A stretch of 64,000 nt of DNA from Mobula hypostoma (taxonomy: Eukaryota). Within the stretch, counting starts at the first letter, position 1; each line of letters starts with the position of its first letter. The notes below the pieces were generated by a model, which had not been told where the DNA came from, made no database searches, and saw only the letters and a list, made by a program, of their open reading frames with translations. The position numbers were made by a program, and so were the translations under genes. Location of the stretch: positions 165,292,001 through 165,356,000 of the forward strand of contig NC_086102.1 of NCBI RefSeq assembly GCF_963921235.1, written 5' to 3'. This document shows, in pieces, positions 63,557 through 64,000 of the stretch.

Positions 63557-64000
63557 GTATGTTTCATAGTCTTGTTGTCAGCCACACACAGTTCCACACT
63601 GTTGAATTCAGATTGATATCACTGACTTTTAAGCTTGTCATGGCAGTGATTATAGATGAGGTTTTGTTCGTTTTAACTTTAATTATTTGTGAGCTGTTGA
63701 ACAGTGAAAGTGGGGTGCATTGATTGAGGCAGGTAGCAATTGATTCTGCCTATTACATAGTATGAATTTCTTCATCCTGCAGAATCTATCTTCCCTCCTC
63801 CTGTGGTCAGAGATAAGGCACCTCAGTATTGTGCTTGCTTAATCTGTGTGACTGGGTTTGTCCCCAGTGAAATTGATGTTGCTTTTCATTTGGTATTTGC
63901 TAAGTTTGTTTGGGCTTTGTGTGACTGCTGCTATTGCTTTACTTGACTAATGTTGATTTGTTTTAAATTAAGAAATTATATTAATATAATTTGTGATTGA

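Overview
This is eukaryotic, intron-rich vertebrate DNA. The repeat families suggest a cartilaginous fish, probably a ray (inference). The window lies inside the + strand gene OLA1 (Obg-like ATPase 1, YchF family). Five internal coding exons splice in frame: 9959-10134, 12010-12090, 12320-12417, 60160-60300 and 63460-63556. They include the family-specific NLSE G4 motif; the start and stop codons lie outside the window. The introns, one of which is 47.7 kb, are packed with decayed mobile elements: CR1 LINEs (one near full length), Rex1/Babar LINEs, an RTE fragment, two Hero-like restriction-endonuclease retrotransposons, Penelope-like (GIY-YIG) fragments, tRNA-derived SINEs and Tc1/mariner-Tigger elements. 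Almost all ORFs in the supplied track are transposon remnants or noise. The most striking signal is a family of ~130-nt Penelope-derived insertions. Each consists of a minimal type I hammerhead ribozyme (CUGANGA...GAAACGUC, palindromic stem III) plus a structured tail. Their 5' junctions cluster at the ribozyme, and several lie sense within the OLA1 pre-mRNA. Other leads are a ~230-bp palindrome inside a Tigger derivative, a possible intronic-polyadenylation isoform after the weak GTTATT donor, and several transposon-free, homeobox-motif-rich blocks that may be conserved enhancers. Family names come from motif recognition, not database searches, and repeat boundaries without target-site duplications (TSDs) or terminal inverted repeats (TIRs) are approximate.
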